From the NCBI RefSeq assembly GCF_009914755.1, contig NC_060927.1: 64,000 nt of DNA; one strand, 5' to 3'. Position numbers and translations under genes: made by a program. Source of the stretch: the human T2T-CHM13v2.0 reference genome, Homo sapiens. The notes beneath the pieces were generated by a model, which was not told where the DNA came from, ran no database searches, and saw only the letters and a program-made list of their open reading frames with translations. Shown here one piece after another: positions 30,734-53,989 of this stretch (its first letter is position 1; each line of letters begins with the position of its first letter).

Positions 30734-31528
30734 TAACGGAAGGGTAAGGAGGTAGGGGCATGGGGACTTCACAGCCAGCAGGAACATTTACAGCGGTTGG
30801 GTTGTTTACCTTCAACAGCTCCGCAGAGGAATAGTCACTGTGTGGGGAGGAATTTCTGTCCTGCGCATCTGTGTGCTCACCCAGCTTAGTGGGAACTCTG
30901 CCACTCAGACATATGATTCACATCAACTGTGTTTTTCATGAGTTTTAGAGACTTTTTTTTTTTAAAGCAAGGCTGACATCATTATGAAGGAACTTTTTTT
31001 TTCTCATAGGTTCCAGCCGAGGTACCACTGGAAATGGCACCAGGGAAGACCTTCAAAAGAAGGTTTTTTTTTTCCCCTCCCCTCCTCCAGAAATAGGTGA
31101 GTGAGGAGACTTCCTGACTTGGCTAAAATAAAAAATTATAGCACTTTATTGTTGACTGATTATAGATGTAACAATTCTCCACTGGAAAAGTTTCAGAAAA
31201 TAGAAAAGTATAAACTGAAGAAAATTTATTTACTTAATAAAATTAGAACTGCAATTCAGAATGAGCCTCATTTACGTTTGATGTTTTCCCTAGTCTTTTT
31301 TATCCTGAACATTATGATGCCATGATTTATTTCAAAATTTCAGATGGTAGTTTTAGTGAATCATGCTTTTTAATTATAAAAATGTTTCCTTGAAGTAAAA
31401 AATTTTGGTTAAAAAATCAAACAACAAAACAAACTAGGAAAAATTCTTTGTGGAGAATACAGAGTTTTTTTTGGAGTTTTTCTTCTTTCTGTGTGTTTTG
31501 TTGAGTTTGCCTTGTGTTTATAGTTTTA

Positions 31529-32047
<519 letters not shown>

Positions 32048-32469
32048 TCACAACTGCGCCTTGGTGAGAAGTGAGTTTGGACACCCCAAATGAACTGCAG
32101 TTGGGAGCAGCTCCCAGCTCCAGCTCCAGCTCCCTGTTCATTTTCCAAGAGGTGGCAACAGCCAGAAGGAGTCTGAGATGTGACTCCCAGGGAGGAGGGG
32201 TCGCTCCTGAGGATCAGTCCAAAGTTGCTACAAGGCTGGACGCCCTCTCTCCATATAGCTGTGGTTACCTTAACAGTTTGCAATGTGTGTATTCATTTTG
32301 GTTGCCAAGAAGACTCAGCTGAGTAGATGTGGGCTCTGTAGACATTGTGAGAAGAAGGGAGGCAGGGAAGTGTGCTTTGCTAGTGACTTGGTTCTTGACC
32401 ACCATCACCTCAGTTTTGTGACGACTTCCCGGAAATACGGCCAGCCTTGAACTGGCAGCAGTTTAGTAG

Positions 32470-32635
32470 AGTGGTATGAACCGAGAATGACACTTGTTAG
32501 CTGTGTGACTTTGGCAAGGCATTTGCCATGCCTGAGCCTCAGTTTGCTGCAACATGGTCTTAATGATGGTTACCTGCATGATTGTCACAAGGACCATAGA
32601 AAACGTATGTACATGCTTGGCGTATAGTTGGCACT
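32470..32635 (+). mobile_element. MIR
   Basis: tagctgtgtgactttggcaag...ctgagcctcagttt. Confidence 0.75.
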
Positions 32636-33094
32636 GAATGCCGTCACTGTAATTGAATCTGACAATGGGTGTGAGAACCATTAGGGAGGGGTGAAATGCT
32701 CCCCATGCCCATGAAAAGGTGGAGGGGACTCAGTGCTCCGGCTTCTATTATGTGATGCGACAATAACTATTACTGTGGGCATGACCACAGCCTTTCTACC
32801 TTTGGCAGCCTGTCAAAGGGAATCTTCTGGAGCCAGCCTCTTCCCTCCTTTCCCACCCGAGAGAGGAAACATTCTTGCTGGGAATGAGGCTGTCAATCTA
32901 CCTGATTAAGAGTGAGAGAAGAGAGGTGGGGTACAGCGGTGAGGGCTGTAGGGCTGGAGGGGGTGGGTAGGTGTGGAGGAGAAGTCTTCAGAGGCATGTG
33001 TGGGTGAGGGGGAGTGGAATGAGAGCAAAGAGATTCTAACATTCTGGGCTGTGTTTATAGGTCTTCTTTAATATTTTTCAAGATATGAATTAAG

Positions 33095-34490
<1,396 letters not shown>

Positions 34491-34825
34491 TTTAAGTGCC
34501 TTTGGCTGTCAAACTGCATCTTTTGTTCTCACGATGGTTCTCAAATCCTTTCATTCTGTTATAGTTTCTCCCCCTCTTTATTTCATGCCATTGATTTGTT
34601 GGAGACACTGGCTAATTTGTCTCTAGAGAATGATCTACCGCTTAGATATATTTGTTCCCTACTCACAGTGTCATTTAATTTGTTCCCTCATCCCCCATGT
34701 TTCCTGTAAACTGAAAGTTAAATACAGTCTTCATTGGATTCTGGTTCAAGTGTGTGACAGGAATAGCCTATAGAAGTGCTCTGTGTTTTTCACTGGATCC
34801 TATCAGGAGCTACCAAAATGTACTT

Positions 34826-35470
<645 letters not shown>

Positions 35471-35489
35471 CAGTTTGCATTCTTAATTT

Positions 35490-35620
35490 CATTCATAATG
35501 CTCTGGGGTAGGTACTATCACTCCCACTTTATAGAAGAGGAGACTGAGGCTTAGAGAGATTAGATAAGATGTGCAAAAAAACACTGTTAGTAAGTGGCTG
35601 AGCTGGGATTCAAAGGAAGG
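35490..35620 (-). mobile_element. MIR
   Basis: gaggagactgaggcttagagag. Confidence 0.75.
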
Positions 35621-36086
35621 GACTTGTGGAACATGGATTTGACGGGTCATTTCAGCTTTAAGGGAGAGGTCAGCTGTCCAAGGGTCCGCAGACTCAGTGC
35701 CCAGGATCCAGGTCCCCTTGAGGAAGGATTCATGGGGCCTCGTCTAGTCCACAGCGCTCTCTAGCAAGTTGTAGCTGCTTCACTGTAGATTTTCGTGAGA
35801 TCTGCAAGGTACAGAGGATGTAGAGGAGTGGTTCTGGCCTGGGAGCTTTTACAAGAGAATGATGCTCTGTTCCTAAACCAGAATCTCCAGGAATGGGGTC
35901 TGGGCAGCGACAGTTTTAAAAAGCTCCCCGGAGACTGTGATGCAGGTGGAGGATAGGATGCAGGCAGGCCTTAGAGGCCTGGGCAGGGCTGTGACTGGCC
36001 CTTCCTTGGTGCAGAACTTTCCCTCAGAGCAACCAGCCAGGGAGGGTGCAGTGACTTTGCTATACCTTGCTTAAAAGCCATGGTCT

Positions 36087-36413
<327 letters not shown>

Positions 36414-37930
36414 CTATTATTTGTGTCCATGAGAAGAAAGATTGTTCTGTGGTGGTACCAGCAGCCTCAGGAATCTCCTGCGGAAGCCTCCTAAGCCCCA
36501 CACACTTGTGGGTTCTGGGTAAGCTGCTTATCTGTCTCTGCAGTGTGCTGGGGCAATTGCTGTCAACTGCCAGAAGGTAAGGCCAAAGCCTTTCCCCTTG
36601 CTGTGCTTCTGCAGGTGCCCTGCAGTCAGGGATGAGAGTGGAAATAGTGATGGGGGTTCGTTTAAATTAGAGCAATGCCCTGGATCAACGGAGGTCCTTC
36701 TTCTCAGTTGCTAGTTTCACCATCCTTTGCTCCATCGGCCGCTGTCTCCCAATCCCTGCCTGCACCTCTGTCCCTGCTGTTTGCTGGTCATCTCTGACTA
36801 CCAGTCTCTGGCCACCTCCTGCACCTCTGACAAGCATCTGTCACTCTGGCCCTCGGTGCCTGCTGCTCATGTGGGGATGACGGCCCACCCTCATCCTTGG
36901 TCCTTGGGTTGTGGGGCAATGCTCACTCTTTCACCACTACCTAGAACTCTCCCCAGACTTCTGGGACCCACGGTCTTCCTAGTTCCGTTTAGCTTTTTAA
37001 GGGGGAAGTGGGTGTGTGTGTTTCATAGCAGAATTGCTTGAGCTCCTAATGGTGGTCCTCCCCCGCCTCCCACTGGGTTTTACTCTGCAGCCTTTTACAG
37101 TGAGGCACGCCTCCTCCTCCTTCATCATCACCATCATGACCATGTGCTGAGTATCCCGAACTGACAGCACTGTGATGAGAGCGTAACATACACGTGGTCC
37201 TCAGTAGGAGCGTAGGAGGATTGATCGTAGGAGGTTGTTAGCATTGCCATCCCATCCCTATGTTGCAGATGAGGAAAACAAGGTACACAGAAGTTAAGTA
37301 GTATTCCAAGGGAATGTGGCTGAGTGGATTCCTCATGAGATAATTGCTCCCCCCACCTCCTGCCCCTTAAGCTCAGATCTTTGCCTTCCAGGAGGGAGGT
37401 GAGTTTGGAGGATTCAGGAGCAGCCTCCCAGAGCACCCTGATTGTTCTGCTGTCCCTGACTGTCACTCCGAGGTGCTGAGTCTGGCCCACTTCCTCATGC
37501 GTGGTGATTTCTTTCTTGGGGTACAGTCACCGCACATGTTACAGGCCTCCACTGGGCCTCTATCCCCCACCCCCACCCACACCCACTGGAGCATTATCGC
37601 TGCCTGTGCCTGAGTGAACCTCAATGTGATTAGGGTTCAAGCTGTTTTCCGTCGGGCACAAAACACATCTCTTAATGTCTCCAAGCATTTTGTGACAACT
37701 TAGTTGGCACAAGGGTGTCTACAGGGTGGTGTCGCTTAACTCCACTGGCCACTGTGTGAGTGGGGTGCGGGGGGTGGGGGGGTGGTAAGGTAAGAAGTCA
37801 AAATGTCAGTCATCATGGTCTCCGAGTGCCAGGATTCTTGCTGAAAACTGCTGTTGTTTTTCTTATAGTTTTTGCTATACCAAATACTTAGTACTTGCAT
37901 AATCAAAGTAAAATAAACGTAATCTGGGAA

Positions 37931-38623
<693 letters not shown>

Positions 38624-39160
38624 TTAATACCCAGGAATAACTACTGTTGATTTTGGTATAACTACCTAGACTCTTCCTCTGCTGTTATAGATATGCATGA
38701 TTGGGGTTATCATGCTCTTTTGGTCACAAATAACAGAAATCATCCCTAATAAGATTAACCAAAAAGGAAAATGTACTCAGATGATGGAGGGGGTTTGAAG
38801 AACGTGGGGCGCTTGGCCTTCTGAGGCCCACTTATTAACTCAGGGCTGAAGCGTGCTCCGAGCGTCCGAGTCTTCCTTGGGATAGGCCCGTGGACAGCAT
38901 GGAAGGAGTTCTCATTTCCCTAGCTGGTGATAGAGTCTGGCCCTTCTGAAGGCTTTTATAATTACAATGGGGCAATAACTAAATCCAAGTAGGGTAAGGA
39001 AGTGGAGAGAGGAACAAGGCAATACCACACCTACTTAGCAGCTGGTAAGCTCAAGTCATTCTTTTTTGCTCAAGCTGATTGGATCTGGGTTTCTACCACT
39101 TGTTTCTGAATAAGGCCTGAACAATACCATTTATCTTGGCTCATCTGCTACAGTCCCTTC

Positions 39161-39537
<377 letters not shown>

Positions 39538-39985
39538 TAGATACCCAGTCCCACCCATGCTCAGAGACTCGCTGGTTGTGTTTGAGTCCCAAATTCCCAG
39601 AGAAGGAATTTGCTTAGAGAATGGAATCACACAGGAATATGATGGCTGCCAGGGGCCCACCTTTGTGGAGGTGTGGAAGTGTAGGTCGGGAGGGATCACA
39701 GAGAGAGAAAGAGGACTGTTCTGAGCCAGACAGGCCTCCTGGAGGGATTTCTTAAGCGTCAAAGTGTACTTATGCATAAGTACACTTTGCATATTTTTGC
39801 GTGGGCGGCCGTGATACAGTGCCACTGATTCCTTAGTTTCTCTTGCCCTGAAGATGTCAGGATCTGCCTTTTGCTCTGGGCCCCCTGCCTCCTGTCTCCT
39901 ACTCTGGGCCTTTCTGCTCCTTCCCTGGGCTCCCCCTATCCACCCTTTGCTCTAATCAAGGCTCTGCTCTGGACAGACTTTGCAT

Positions 39986-40282
<297 letters not shown>

Positions 40283-42000
40283 TTATCATTTAGTCAGAGA
40301 GACTTGAAGTATGCAGAAAACCCCAATGACGCGGAGCGATGTGAGGAGCAGTGGGGCCCCTGGAGATCACGGAGGGAGACATGCTCCCAGCTAGGGGAAT
40401 TAGGGCAGATCTCATAGAGGAAGTGGGTCTTGAGCTGAGCCTTGGAGGACCCCTACACGCAGACACTGCAAGTGGACGGAAGGACCCAGGGCCCTGAGGA
40501 GAGTGTGGATTCAGTGGGGCTGGAGGAGGAATATGGAGTGGGAGGATAAAACTGGACAGGCAGGCCCGGGGCGGCTTGTGGAGGGCCCTGAATATCATAC
40601 ATATCTGCGCTAGAATAACCAGGGGCCTCCAAAGCTCAGGGCTGAGAGGATGGCTGGGAGTTACCTGTCTCTGTGGGCTGATACCACACTCAGATGTGGG
40701 AGAGCAGGTCCGTGCCCAGGGCTGGGCCTCAGAGGGCCCAGTACTTTGGAGTGCCTTCCTTGCAATGTTCTAAACCCTTCTTGGATGTCTGGGCTGGGCC
40801 GACAGTGCTAGCTGGGCTGGGTGCCCAGTGCCTGGACGGTCTGTGTGGGTCATGGTTTCTAGAAGCCTGTTCCTCAAACATTTCTCTGATGACAGAGGCC
40901 AGCCAGAGCTGCCCTCCTGGCAGACATGAGTCTGCCCAGGCCCTGTTTCTCTCCTTTGTGGTGTTCTCTGCCCCCTACTCAGGGTGTGAGGTCAATCTGA
41001 TGCCCTGAGGAGCTCCAGCACGTATGCCTATTCCAGGAGGGAAGCCTGGTGATTGAATTGCTCCCGTTGGCACGCACAGTATTTCTTTTGTGGGATCATG
41101 TGAGTTTGGTCCACCTTAATTTGTCAGACACAGGATGAGTTCAAGGTTCTGGGCTGCAGATGGTCCACTACCAACTCTTGGCTTGATTGTGAGTGTGCCT
41201 AGGCATCAGCCCTCCCACTGCACTCCAGCCACAGTGCTGCCTCAGGTCGACAGTACTCGAGTGTACCCGTGAGCCCTCCTCACTTTGTCAATGGCACTAG
41301 GGCGGCCAGCCCAGCCCTTCTGTGGTCTCCACACCACGTCAGGCAGTCCTCTGAGGGTGGCCCACCTATCTCCTCCGAGGGCCCTCAGCACTGGCTCACA
41401 ACACCAAGGGGCCTTCCCATGGATGTCCTGCTTGCCTTGACAGTTATGTGAGAACCAAGGAGACTGTTCTCTCTGTCCATGGGCCCCCTGGCCGATCCTT
41501 CCTGCTGGTGGTGTGTGGAGCTGTAGGGGGTCAGCGGGGAGAAAGATCACATTCTAGGGATTCGGCAATTATGGCCTGAAGAGTTCTAGAGCAGTCATGT
41601 TTGGGTGATGTGCTGTTTTATGTTTATGCTCTACAATTCTAAATGATACATTTAATATAATCAGAACACAAAGAATTGCTCTTTTTTTTTTTTTTTGCAT
41701 ACTCTGGGTGAGACTTGCCTTGGTAATCATTATCGAGGAATCACCATCACCACCTTTGAGAGAGCCACTGGAAGCCAGTCCTCAGGGGCTGCACTGCGGA
41801 TGATGCAGTGTGGAATTATGATGCAACCAGCCTTAAATACATGGTGTTAAGGAATTGCAGAGGCAAAAAGGTCTATATTGTTTCAATATAAACAGGTTTT
41901 CTAAAGCAATGACATTGTGGATAATTACTGTCTTGCTACCTGAGATTTATGAAGTTAGTCAGGAATGACAAATTTGATCATAACAAATGTGAAGAGACGG

Positions 42001-42316
<316 letters not shown>

Positions 42317-42959
42317 ATAACAAATGTGAAGAGATGGTTCCTGGACTCAACAGGAAAAGATGGGTCCTGTACATTCTGAGGAATCTTCATGTTCATTGAC
42401 TGGACAATAAACAAATACAAAAGGACCTCTTCAATCAATCTGTATCACTCCTGTGGACTCATGACTTTTTGTAATACATTATAAAATGAAATTGTTCATG
42501 TTGACAGGAGCCCACGAAATGTATTTGCCCAGGGCCTGCAGATCCTAGGAGTGCTTTTGCCCTGGGCAGTACTGGAGAGACCATAGGCCCCTACCCGCCA
42601 CCCCTGTGGCAGTTCCATCCATTCTGGCCTTGAGGGAATGGTCACTTCCCGCCCTTGGGACCCAAGGCTCTGCATCCTGTGCCTGCATGCTGGCCTGGCC
42701 CCATGCACCAGGTAGACACGGGGGACAAGAAGTGTGTCATGGCATAAGAGACCTGGCGTGGGGAAGGAAAAGTCACAAGTCAGGAGGAAGAGATTGGTGG
42801 GAAGAGACATACGGGTCAGTCTCTTTTGAAACCAGGTGAACAGCCCTAGCCAGGTGTCCAGGCTGTAAGCCAGGGCCTCGTCCTTGAGTCCCCCCGTCCT
42901 TCACCTCCACAGTCAGTTAGTCACTATGTCCAGCCAGTTCTGCCTCATATATATGGAGC

Positions 42960-43750
42960 TTGCATTTGCCAAGGTTCTCCGGAGAAATAGGACCAATAGG
43001 AGGTACATATGTACATCCTATTATTATTATTATTAATTATTTGAGATGGAGTCTTGCTCTGTCACCCAGGCTGGAGTGTGGTGGTATGATCTTGGCTCAC
43101 TGCGACCTCCATCTTTCAGGTTCAAGCGATTCTCCTGCCTCAGCCTCCTGAGTAGCTGGGACTACAGGTGCGTGCCATCACTCCCGGCTAATTTTTGTAT
43201 TTTTAGTAGAGATGGGGTTTCACCATATTGGCCAGGCTGGTCTCGAACTCCTGACCGTGTGATCTGCCCGCCTCAGCCTCCCAAAGTGCTGGGATTACAG
43301 GCGTGAGCCACTGTGCCCGGCCGTACAAGCTATTATTAGATATACTACGTATTACGGGACTTGGATCATGTGATTAGGGAGGTGGGAGGTCAAGAAGTCC
43401 CACCGTCTGCTCTCTGCAAGCTGGAGACCCAGAAATGCTGGAGATGTAATTAGGTCTGAGTTCAGCTATCTGAGAACCAAGAGCTCTGATGTCTGAGGGT
43501 GGGGGAAGATGTCCCAGCTCAAGAGGAGAGAGGAAGAAAATGTGTTCTTCTTCCACCTTTTTGTTCTATTTGGGCCCTGGGGATGACACCCACCCACCTT
43601 AGTGAGGGTGGTCTTCCGTGCTTAGTCTACTAATTCCAGTGCTAATCTCTTTTAGAAACACCCTCACAGGCACACCCAGCAGTAATGTTTTCTTAGCTAT
43701 CTGGGCACCTCTTAGCTCAGTCAAGCTCAAGCATAACCTTCACCATCACA
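42960..43750 (-). mobile_element. MLT2-family (ERVL) solo LTR interrupted by an Alu (43020-43322)
   Basis: ggttctcc.gagaaa...gcaagctggagaccca...cagtcaag...ccatcaca. Confidence 0.8.
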
Positions 43751-43803
43751 GAGCTATTCTGACTTCCACCTCCTCTTCCTCCTATTGCCCCTGCCTCAGT
43801 TGA

Positions 43804-44252
<449 letters not shown>

Positions 44253-45525
44253 TCAGTTCTAGTTTAAAGAGTCAAGTAACTCAAGATGACTTTTTACCAA
44301 AAACAGTAGCCTCTTCCCATCCTTCCTCTTCAACCCCTCCCCCACTCACCCCAATTTACTGCTTCCTATAGGCAACCACTTTCCACTCACAGAGCTGATT
44401 GCTTTCCTGCTTACCTGAGTGTGTATGTGAGGATGAAGGGAGGATGCTTCGTTGCAAGCTTTGCTGCAGAATGGTCTGGGCTGGGCCAGGCTTCTTAATG
44501 AGGAGTGTGGATGTCAGAGTCTTTAGGGCTTTCTTTGTGGGCTAGTCAGGTTCCTGCAGATGGCTCTTCCAGTCCTGGCAGGGATTAGGGACCTGGCTGC
44601 CAGTGTTGGGGAGAAGACAGGGAAGAGGCTGGGGACAGGGCATATTTCTGTCTTCGACTTGTAACTCCTGTTTGATCCCATTTTTGGTGTGGTGGCCCTG
44701 CCCTCACTCTGCTTGATGTGCTAGTTCAGAGACCCCCGATTTTACTTTTTTAGAAGAAAAACACCCAAGTCTGTGAAGGAGCAGGAGAAGATGAGGTGGG
44801 GGGAGGAGCCAATCCCCAGTTGTCCTGTTTTTGGCTCCATCTTTACCGGCCTCCTCTTCCCTGCTTTCAGAGGACCTGGTGCCACCAATACCTGAACCAT
44901 TTGTGGGTCTGGGGTCTAAAGAAAATTGGCTGTTTACTTCCCTCATGGTTCAGGATTGAGCTTTCTTGGTTCTAATACGTTGGTTGCCATTTTTCTAGCT
45001 GCTTTCCAGTTTCAAAATGTTGCTATCGATGTCTCTTCAGTTCTCTTTTTCCTTATGGATTTTTTTGTCTTAAAAAAAAAAAAAAAGAATTTCAGAAAGG
45101 AGTGAGGATAAATGTACGTGCCCAGTCCACCACTGTTAAGCTACTGGAGAGATCCTTCTAGCATTTCAATCTGATTATGTCTTCCTCCCGTTCAAAATAC
45201 TTCCATGGTGCCCCATTGGCAGTAGGATAAAATATAGAAGCCTTGTGAATGGCGTTTTTGGGCTATGCCCTAAATCAGGGCTCACTCCTCTCCTGGACTA
45301 GACTGTACTTGATTCTATTAATTTTAATGAAACAAATTTCAGGACACCTAGAAACGGACAGACTCAAAACGTTTACTTTTTTCCCCTATTAAATGGCAAC
45401 GCTAGAACAATGCTTAGCTATCACCTTGCATGACCTTTAGTTCTTTCTCGCTGGGAAACTGTAATTGCTGAGCAGTTAGGAACCCTGAGATGACTGGGTT
45501 TGGTTTGGGTTAAAGCTCAATGCCG

Positions 45526-45966
45526 GTGTGGGGTGTGTGTGTGTGTGTGTGTGTGTGTGGCATGTGTGTGTATATGTGTGTGTGTGTGGCGTGTATGTGT
45601 GTGTGGGGTGTGTGTGGTGAGTGTGTGTTTGTGGCACGCGCGTGTATGTGTGGCATGTGTGTGGTGTGTGTGGCATGAGTGTGTGTGTGGCTTGTGGTAT
45701 ATGTGTGTGTGTGTGGCGTGTGTGCGTATGTGTGTGACGTGTGTATGTGTGTGGTGTGTGTGGCATGTGTGTTTGTGGCGCACATGTGTGTATGTGTGTG
45801 TGGCGTGTGTGTGGTGTGTGGGTATATGTATGTGTGTGTGTGGTGTGTGGGTATATGTATGTGTGTGTGGTGTGTGTGTATATGTGTGTGTGTGGCGTGT
45901 GTGTGGTGTGTGGGTATATGTATGTGTGTGTGTGGTGTGTGGGTATATGTATGTGCGTGTGGTGTA

Positions 45967-45996
<30 letters not shown>
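45526..45996 (+). repeat. Compound (TG)n-rich repeat of ~470 bp
   Basis: Direct reading. Confidence 0.98.
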
Positions 45997-45997
<1 letters not shown>

Positions 45998-46474
45998 CTT
46001 CCTTCACACCTGCAGCCTTGAGCCTCTGCAGGGAATTTCCAGTTTATGTTGCCAGCAACTAGAAGGCAGACTCTTTTTTGTATTCTTTCCGGGGCATAAA
46101 TTGCAGCTGGTGATGAAATGTATTCAATCTCTCTCACTACTAAATCACATCGGACCACACAGATACTTGGCCTAGGTAATCCTATTAGACCTAAACCAAA
46201 GGGGCAGGCTTTCCCCTAGATGGATCATGAAGACGCAAAACCGTGGGGTGGGCTGGCAGGGTCACCCGAAAGTGAGGAGCACTGCCATCTGTTTTCTCTT
46301 CCCTCTTAGTGATAACATGAAGGAATTGTCCCGAACAAGTGCATTTCCCTTCGGTAGGCCTCACTACCGAGGCTATTGATCAGCTTACTCTATTACCACA
46401 TCAAAGGAAAATGCCATCATGGGTGGCTCCGGCAGAGCATTTGGGTTCTTGGTGATTTTGCTAAGAATCTCTGA

Positions 46475-46861
<387 letters not shown>

Positions 46862-47997
46862 TAACTTTCTATTTCAACTGCACAGAACTATCCATACGTG
46901 TCAGCAGGGGCCTACTTTCCTTCACATTAGGTTTTCACAGTCTTTTCCCTCTGCCTGGAATACCTGCTCTGCCTTTTCTGCTCCAGCTAGGTTGGCATAT
47001 TTGCAGGTTTCAAATCTGCCTGTCATATTCCATCCTCAGAGCCTTTACGATGACTGTTCCGTCTGCCTGGAATGTTCCGCCCTGACGTTTCCGCATGGCT
47101 TGCCCTTCATTTCATTCAGTCTCCACATTTCCACTCAAATCCTACCTCTCAGCCATCACTGTCAATTGCCCTCCACCCGAAGACCACCAGGATCCCACCT
47201 ATAGTGGAGCACTTGGGGTTTATGGCTGGTTGCAGTGAAGGGGAACGCACGCCATGGGGCACTGTGGGCGTATCAGTGAGGGGGTGTCAGAAAGAACTTG
47301 TAGGGTTTGGGCTTGTTTCTGTCTAGTTCCATCACAGCCACAGAGTGGCCTTGTCTGATGTTGATGTTCTGTGAAACTGTTTATGTTCAACAGGAGAGCA
47401 CCATGGGCCTGCAGTGAGTGCCAGGCCAAGGTCTGGACAGCAAGAACTGCTTTACTCTTCTTCACCACTGAATCCTTAGTGCATAGAACAGCAGCTGCAG
47501 GGAGGGTGGCAGGTGTCGAATGAAAACGTATCGAATGAATCGATCAAGTCTGTCTGCCTGGCAAATTCTTACTCCACATTCAAGTGCCCAGCCAGAAGCC
47601 CCTCTTCTGGGTGCCGTCCCTGACTCTCCTGGGCGGACCCTGATCTGGGCCCGGGCTGTGCCTGCAGAGTCTCACTAGAGCGGCTCCTGTGAGTCATGTC
47701 AGGGGGCTCTGCAGCCAGTCTCCCCACTGTGCTGCGAATGCCTTGAAGGCAGAGACACATCCCTTCCCTTAGAAGCCCCAGTGCTAAATACAGAGCAGGT
47801 GCGCCATAACTTTAGTGTGACTGACAGACCAGCTGCAGGCCCAGCTCTGCTGTGTTTGAACTGTGCCTCTGGCAGGGGCTCCAGAATTCTGTGTGTGTTC
47901 CCTGAGAGTATAGGACCTGTGGGCCACTGGGTGGGAAATCATTAAACAGGAGAAGCCCAGGCCCCAGCAGCCAGAGGGTATGTTTGTGAGTTTGTGA

Positions 47998-48396
<399 letters not shown>

Positions 48397-48569
48397 GACC
48401 CCCATCCCTGTCGCCCAAGGCCCAGAGGAGGCTGATGGAAGCCCGCAGTTTCCAGGAAGGGCAGAGGAAGAGGCAGTAAGAGCCCAGGCACCTCCAAAAC
48501 AGGGGCCATGGGCGGGGGGCGGAGAGGGAGGAGGGACCTGGTTATCTGGCTCTATTCTCACAGCAACCC

Positions 48570-48715
48570 CTTAAGGTATATACAACTATTATCTTTATTT
48601 TACAGATGAAGAAACAGAGGCACAAAGAGGTTAAGTAACTTGCCTAGAGATACACAGCTAACAAGTGGCAAGTGGGATTTGGACTCAGGTCTATCTAATC
48701 CTCAAACCCACGTCC
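48570..48715 (-). mobile_element. MIR
   Basis: attttacagatgaagaaacagaggcaca.agaggttaagtaacttgcc. Confidence 0.88.
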
Positions 48716-48970
48716 TGGACCCCTACACAGACTGCCCTCCCTCAGTCCTCTGTGTGGCCTCAAGAAGGGTCTGGACATTCAAGTTTAAAAATCCATCCAA
48801 AGAATCTATGGACCCAGTGGTCTCTGGAGTCAATGTTCTGAGGCTCAGAAGGGCCAGGCAGGAGGGAGCCGCCTCTACACAGTCCTGAGCAGAGTGGGCT
48901 GTGTCCCGGCACAGCAGGGGAGATCATAGACAGAATTCTGCCCTGGGCCCTATTTAAGTAGGACCTTTAG

Positions 48971-50022
<1,052 letters not shown>

Positions 50023-50689
50023 TGCCTATTGGGTTTTAATGAAACCATCTCTCCTCTTTTACCTGAATGAAAGCAGACATGGGACTTTCTACAGGTACGG
50101 CAGCCTCACAATTCAGTGCTGGACTTCCAGCCAAGACGGCAGAGTGGGCTCACGCTGTGGCCTCCTCTCTCTGTTCCAAACACACAGCAATCAGGAATAA
50201 AATAGAAAAAATGATAAACAAAAGGACATAGTTGGGCCCCAACCAAAATGGCTATCTCTGTGTACCACAAGCAGATCAGAAATGCAAATTGGTGACTGGG
50301 GCCAGGGGCCTGCTGGCCTCGGGGTCTGGAAACAGCAGTAGCTGCCAGACACAGAGCTCCTGGTAAGGGAGTTAAAGTGCTCCATGCTACAAAGGGGCCA
50401 ACAGCCAGGTGTCTGGAAGCCAGGGCTCGGGGAAGGTTCCCTCTGCTTGTGAAAAGAATCGGGGGTGGCGGGGATGGAGTGAGGAAGCCAGCTGTCCACA
50501 AATAACTTGGGGCTTGAGTTGTGGGAAGATGAGGACAGACTCTTGACTAGATGCTGAGCCAAGCCACCCTCTGGCTACGTGCTTGTAGCTGTGGTGTCCT
50601 CATGCCACAACAGAGTAGAGCCCTGCAATGCTATTGTAAGACCTCAACTGGGCCTGAGGTCCTAGCTCAGGATAGTTAGAGACAGAGTG

Positions 50690-53800
<3,111 letters not shown>

Positions 53801-53989
53801 CTTGGGTGTCAGATATGTTAGTGTCTTTACTTTTTTGTTTGAAATATTGTAAAAGGAATAACAATCCAGATTTATGTAACTTAGTTAAGAAAGAATGGCC
53901 TCTGAGCTCCTTGTGTGTGCAAATTTCATGATTCTAGGGTTCTTGACATCCCTGTCCTGCTATATTGTGAACTCCCTGACCTTAGGGGC

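Noticed and set aside
40576-40773. WSAFL motif reminiscent of TRMT112
   Set aside because: Five-residue match only; flanks do not align.
45476-46175. His/Thr- and Val/Cys-rich ORFs up to 213 aa
   Set aside because: Translations of the (TG)n array.
47200-47325. Possible old LTR fragment (MER21/MER68-like)
   Set aside because: Too short and diverged to assign without RepeatMasker.
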